Assembly (NCBI RefSeq): GCF_000189295.2
Contig: NC_016803.1
Location: 2,310,001 to 2,342,000 of the forward strand
Direction: 5' to 3'
From: Pseudodesulfovibrio mercurii
Lineage (GTDB): Bacteria; Desulfobacterota; Desulfovibrionia; Desulfovibrionales; Desulfovibrionaceae
Length of the DNA: 32,000 nucleotides
In this document: one piece after another, positions 31,559 through 32,000 of the stretch
How positions within the stretch are numbered: position 1 is the stretch's first letter
Layout of the letters: the number at the start of each line of letters is the position of its first letter
Notes under the pieces: generated by a model
The model's database searches: none
What the model was told of the DNA's origin: nothing
What the model saw: only the letters and a program-made list of their open reading frames with translations
Translations under genes and position numbers: made by a program

Positions 31559-32000
31559 ATGATGCGACTCAGCGTGAAGATGATCTTGTTTTGCCTGCTG
31601 GCGGGGATCGTGCCCTTGGCGGGCATGGCTGGTTACAGTTTGCACACGGCCTCGGTCAGCCTGAAGGAGCAGTCCTTCAGCAAGCTGGTCTCCCTGCAGG
31701 AGGCCAAGTCCCACGAGCTGGACGGCCTGACCGAGCTGTGGAACCGGGACATCACCATGTATTCCGAGGCCAAGTACGTGTACAGCGCCCTGGTCCGGCT
31801 CCGTGACATCATCTTCTACGCGGCCCAGCCCGGCCAGCCCATGGACCTGAAGAACGAGGACTACGCCCACGCCCTGAAGCGGGTCGCCCCGGACTTCACG
31901 CCGTGGATCAAGGTGCGCGGCTATGCCGACGCCCTGATCCTGGACGACACCGGGCGCGTGGTCTTTTCCCTGGCCGGTGGCCGGGAGCTGGGCGAGGACA
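31559..32000 (+). CDS. Cache-type sensor N-terminus of a probable methyl-accepting chemotaxis protein or sensor protein (3' end outside window)
   Basis: Not in the ORF track because there is no stop codon before the window end. ATG ATG at 31559/31562. N-terminal TM (ILFCLLAGIVPLAGMAGY), then LVSLQEAKSHELDGL...YADALILDDTGRVVFS, typical of Cache sensor domains. High GC3. Confidence 0.7.
   Translation, partial: MMRLSVKMILFCLLAGIVPLAGMAGYSLHTASVSLKEQSFSKLVSLQEAKSHELDGLTELWNRDITMYSEAKYVYSALVRLRDIIFYAAQPGQPMDLKNEDYAHALKRVAPDFTPWIKVRGYADALILDDTGRVVFSLAGGRELGED

Overview
GC-rich bacterial chromosomal window with a pronounced G/C bias at third codon positions. Gene content suggests a Desulfovibrionaceae-like sulfate reducer, but that is inference only. 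I support about 37 protein-coding genes. I found no rRNA, tRNA or CRISPR array by eye.

Left to right:
- the 3' end of pstA, ending at a bidirectional terminator
- a Pat-type protein acetyltransferase (ADP-forming acyl-CoA synthetase plus GNAT) with a GT4 glycosyltransferase
- two tandem FlxA-like paralogs, each behind a sigma-28-type promoter, followed by a 522-aa bipartite low-complexity protein
- a CBS/ACT protein
- a short phage-derived cassette (3TM-holin-like protein, small TM protein, large terminase, small ORF), interrupted by an opposite-strand TPR lipoprotein and ending in a ~700-bp hairpin-dense non-coding tract
- a housekeeping block (DUF6125-like, U32, PHP, Trm112, LemA-TPM-TPM, YigZ, HD)
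- a beta-barrel-like exported protein convergent with a bacterial cereblon-like CULT-domain protein
- a Cys-rich 96-aa ORF and the argO/argP pair, bracketed by copies of a palindrome-containing repeat family
- a DUF2959 lipoprotein
- a three-gene cytochrome operon (TsdA-like dihaem cytochrome c, CydA-like subunit fused to a cytochrome c domain, 8-TM dihaem cytochrome c)
- a DAC (DisA_N)-fold protein with degenerate catalytic motifs plus a small 2-TM ORF
- the 5' end of a Cache-type chemoreceptor-like gene behind a Fur-box-like palindrome

Best candidates for follow-up:
- the non-canonical cytochrome bd-like/TsdA-like operon
- the degenerate DAC protein plus 2-TM pair
- the sigma-28 FlxA-like pair with the adjacent repeat protein
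- the CULT protein and Cys-rich ORF locus with its repeats and G12 tract

All family assignments come from reading the translated ORFs. No database search was run.
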